21,678 nucleotides of DNA. Origin: Octopus sinensis. Taxonomy: Eukaryota. The position numbers were made by a program, and so were the translations under genes. The stretch is taken from positions 1-21,678 of the forward strand of contig NW_021823645.1 in the NCBI RefSeq assembly GCF_006345805.1. Reading direction: 5' to 3'. Under the pieces are notes generated by a model that had not been told where the DNA came from, ran no database searches, and worked only from the letters and a program-made list of their open reading frames with translations. Positions 20,566 through 21,678 of the stretch are shown one piece after another (the first letter of the stretch is position 1; the number at the start of each line of letters is the position of its first letter).

Positions 20566-20660
20566 ATCCGAGCTACAAATGTTTCATAGCAGGTGGAACC
20601 TCAGAATTGGTAAATATCCAAGCGAGGAGTATATCGCCGGTTACTCTTCAGGCCAAGGAT
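20566..20660 (-). ncRNA. Type I hammerhead ribozyme fold, core intact, stems partly decayed
   Basis: Minus strand: ATCCTTGGC-CTGAAGA-GTAACCGG...CCTGCTAT-GAAA-CATTTG-TA-GCTCGGAT. Stem II has two mismatches; stem I has a mismatch and a bulge. Confidence 0.65.
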
Positions 20661-20759
20661 ATCTTGATTAAATTTAAGGTTACATTTTTAAAAATATATA
20701 TTTACTACGGATTGCTTGGAGCTAACTTTCTTCCCGCTCTTCGATCCCTGGATCTTACA

Positions 20760-20803
20760 ATACACACACACACACACACACACACACAACACCACACACA
20801 CAC

Positions 20804-20862
<59 letters not shown>

Positions 20863-21323
20863 ACATACTTTATGGCTGCCCCCTCGTTTTCGAGTATGGC
20901 CATTGCACGAAGCTTAACTGTTACTGGTGCTGTGATCGAATGTGACTTTTTAGCCCAGCTAAAGATCTACAATGTCTTGTACAGATACATACATACATAC
21001 ATACACACACACACATATATATACATACACGTATACAAAATATATTTAGAAATACACAAATATATATGTATGTGTATGTTTATACATACATATATCACAT
21101 ATATGTATGTATGTATGCATGTATGTATGTATGTATGTATGTATGTATGTATGTATGTATGTATGTATGTTTGTATGTATGTATGTATGTAATTGTTTGT
21201 GGGTACGTGGGAAATATACACGTGTATGTGTGTGGCGGGGGTGTATTTGTGTGCGGATACATGAGTATAATTACATAAATACCTACATACATACATACGT
21301 AAACACACACACACACACACACG

Positions 21324-21375
<52 letters not shown>

Positions 21376-21490
21376 AAGGGAAACTATTCATTTACTAATT
21401 TTATTAACTTCACTTATGAATGTTTGTGAATTTATGAATGTATATATACGTATATTTGTATGTGTGTATATATATGTGTGTGTGAGTGTG
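20760..21490. repeat. Compound (CA)n/(TA)n/(TATG)n microsatellites
   Basis: Direct reading. Confidence 0.95.
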
Positions 21491-21678
21491 TGTATAAATA
21501 CACATCCAGATCAGTATTACGTCATACATTCGTTTGCAAAAACATTTAGGTCAGCCAGGATATCAAATACCGTTTCACCCAAGACTGGGTCAATGGCGCC
21601 CTATATACGATCTCTCTACCACTTGACAAATTTTCACTTCACCGATGTTCGTAACCTTTCCGTGAAAACTCATTTGAT

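Noticed and set aside
21490-21678. Open plus frame running to the window end (PDQYYVIHSFAKTFRS...)
   Set aside because: No start, strong acceptor or recognisable motif; cannot be evaluated without downstream sequence.

Overview
Repeat-saturated eukaryotic non-coding DNA. The SINE consensus types resemble those I recall from Octopus genomes; this is an inference and was not checked against a database. No host protein-coding exon can be supported, and nearly all listed ORFs are microsatellite translations. The window holds about 16 copies or fragments of tRNA-derived SINEs from at least three families, and decayed fragments of three LINE clades (R4/Dong-like RLE, CR1, RTE). It also has a hAT-like transposon end, a ~273-bp spacerless palindrome, a MITE-like inverted repeat and abundant microsatellites. 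The main discovery is a set of type I hammerhead ribozyme folds, each inside a different short unit inserted in (TA)n/(TACA)n tracts. One is textbook-intact (16469-16554 +), one is near-intact (18306-18395 +) and one is partly decayed (20566-20660 -). A two-copy family carries a variant core (7191-7226, 19334-19369), and a degenerate inverted pair lies at 3511-3626. All folds were read by eye; no folding software or searches were run.
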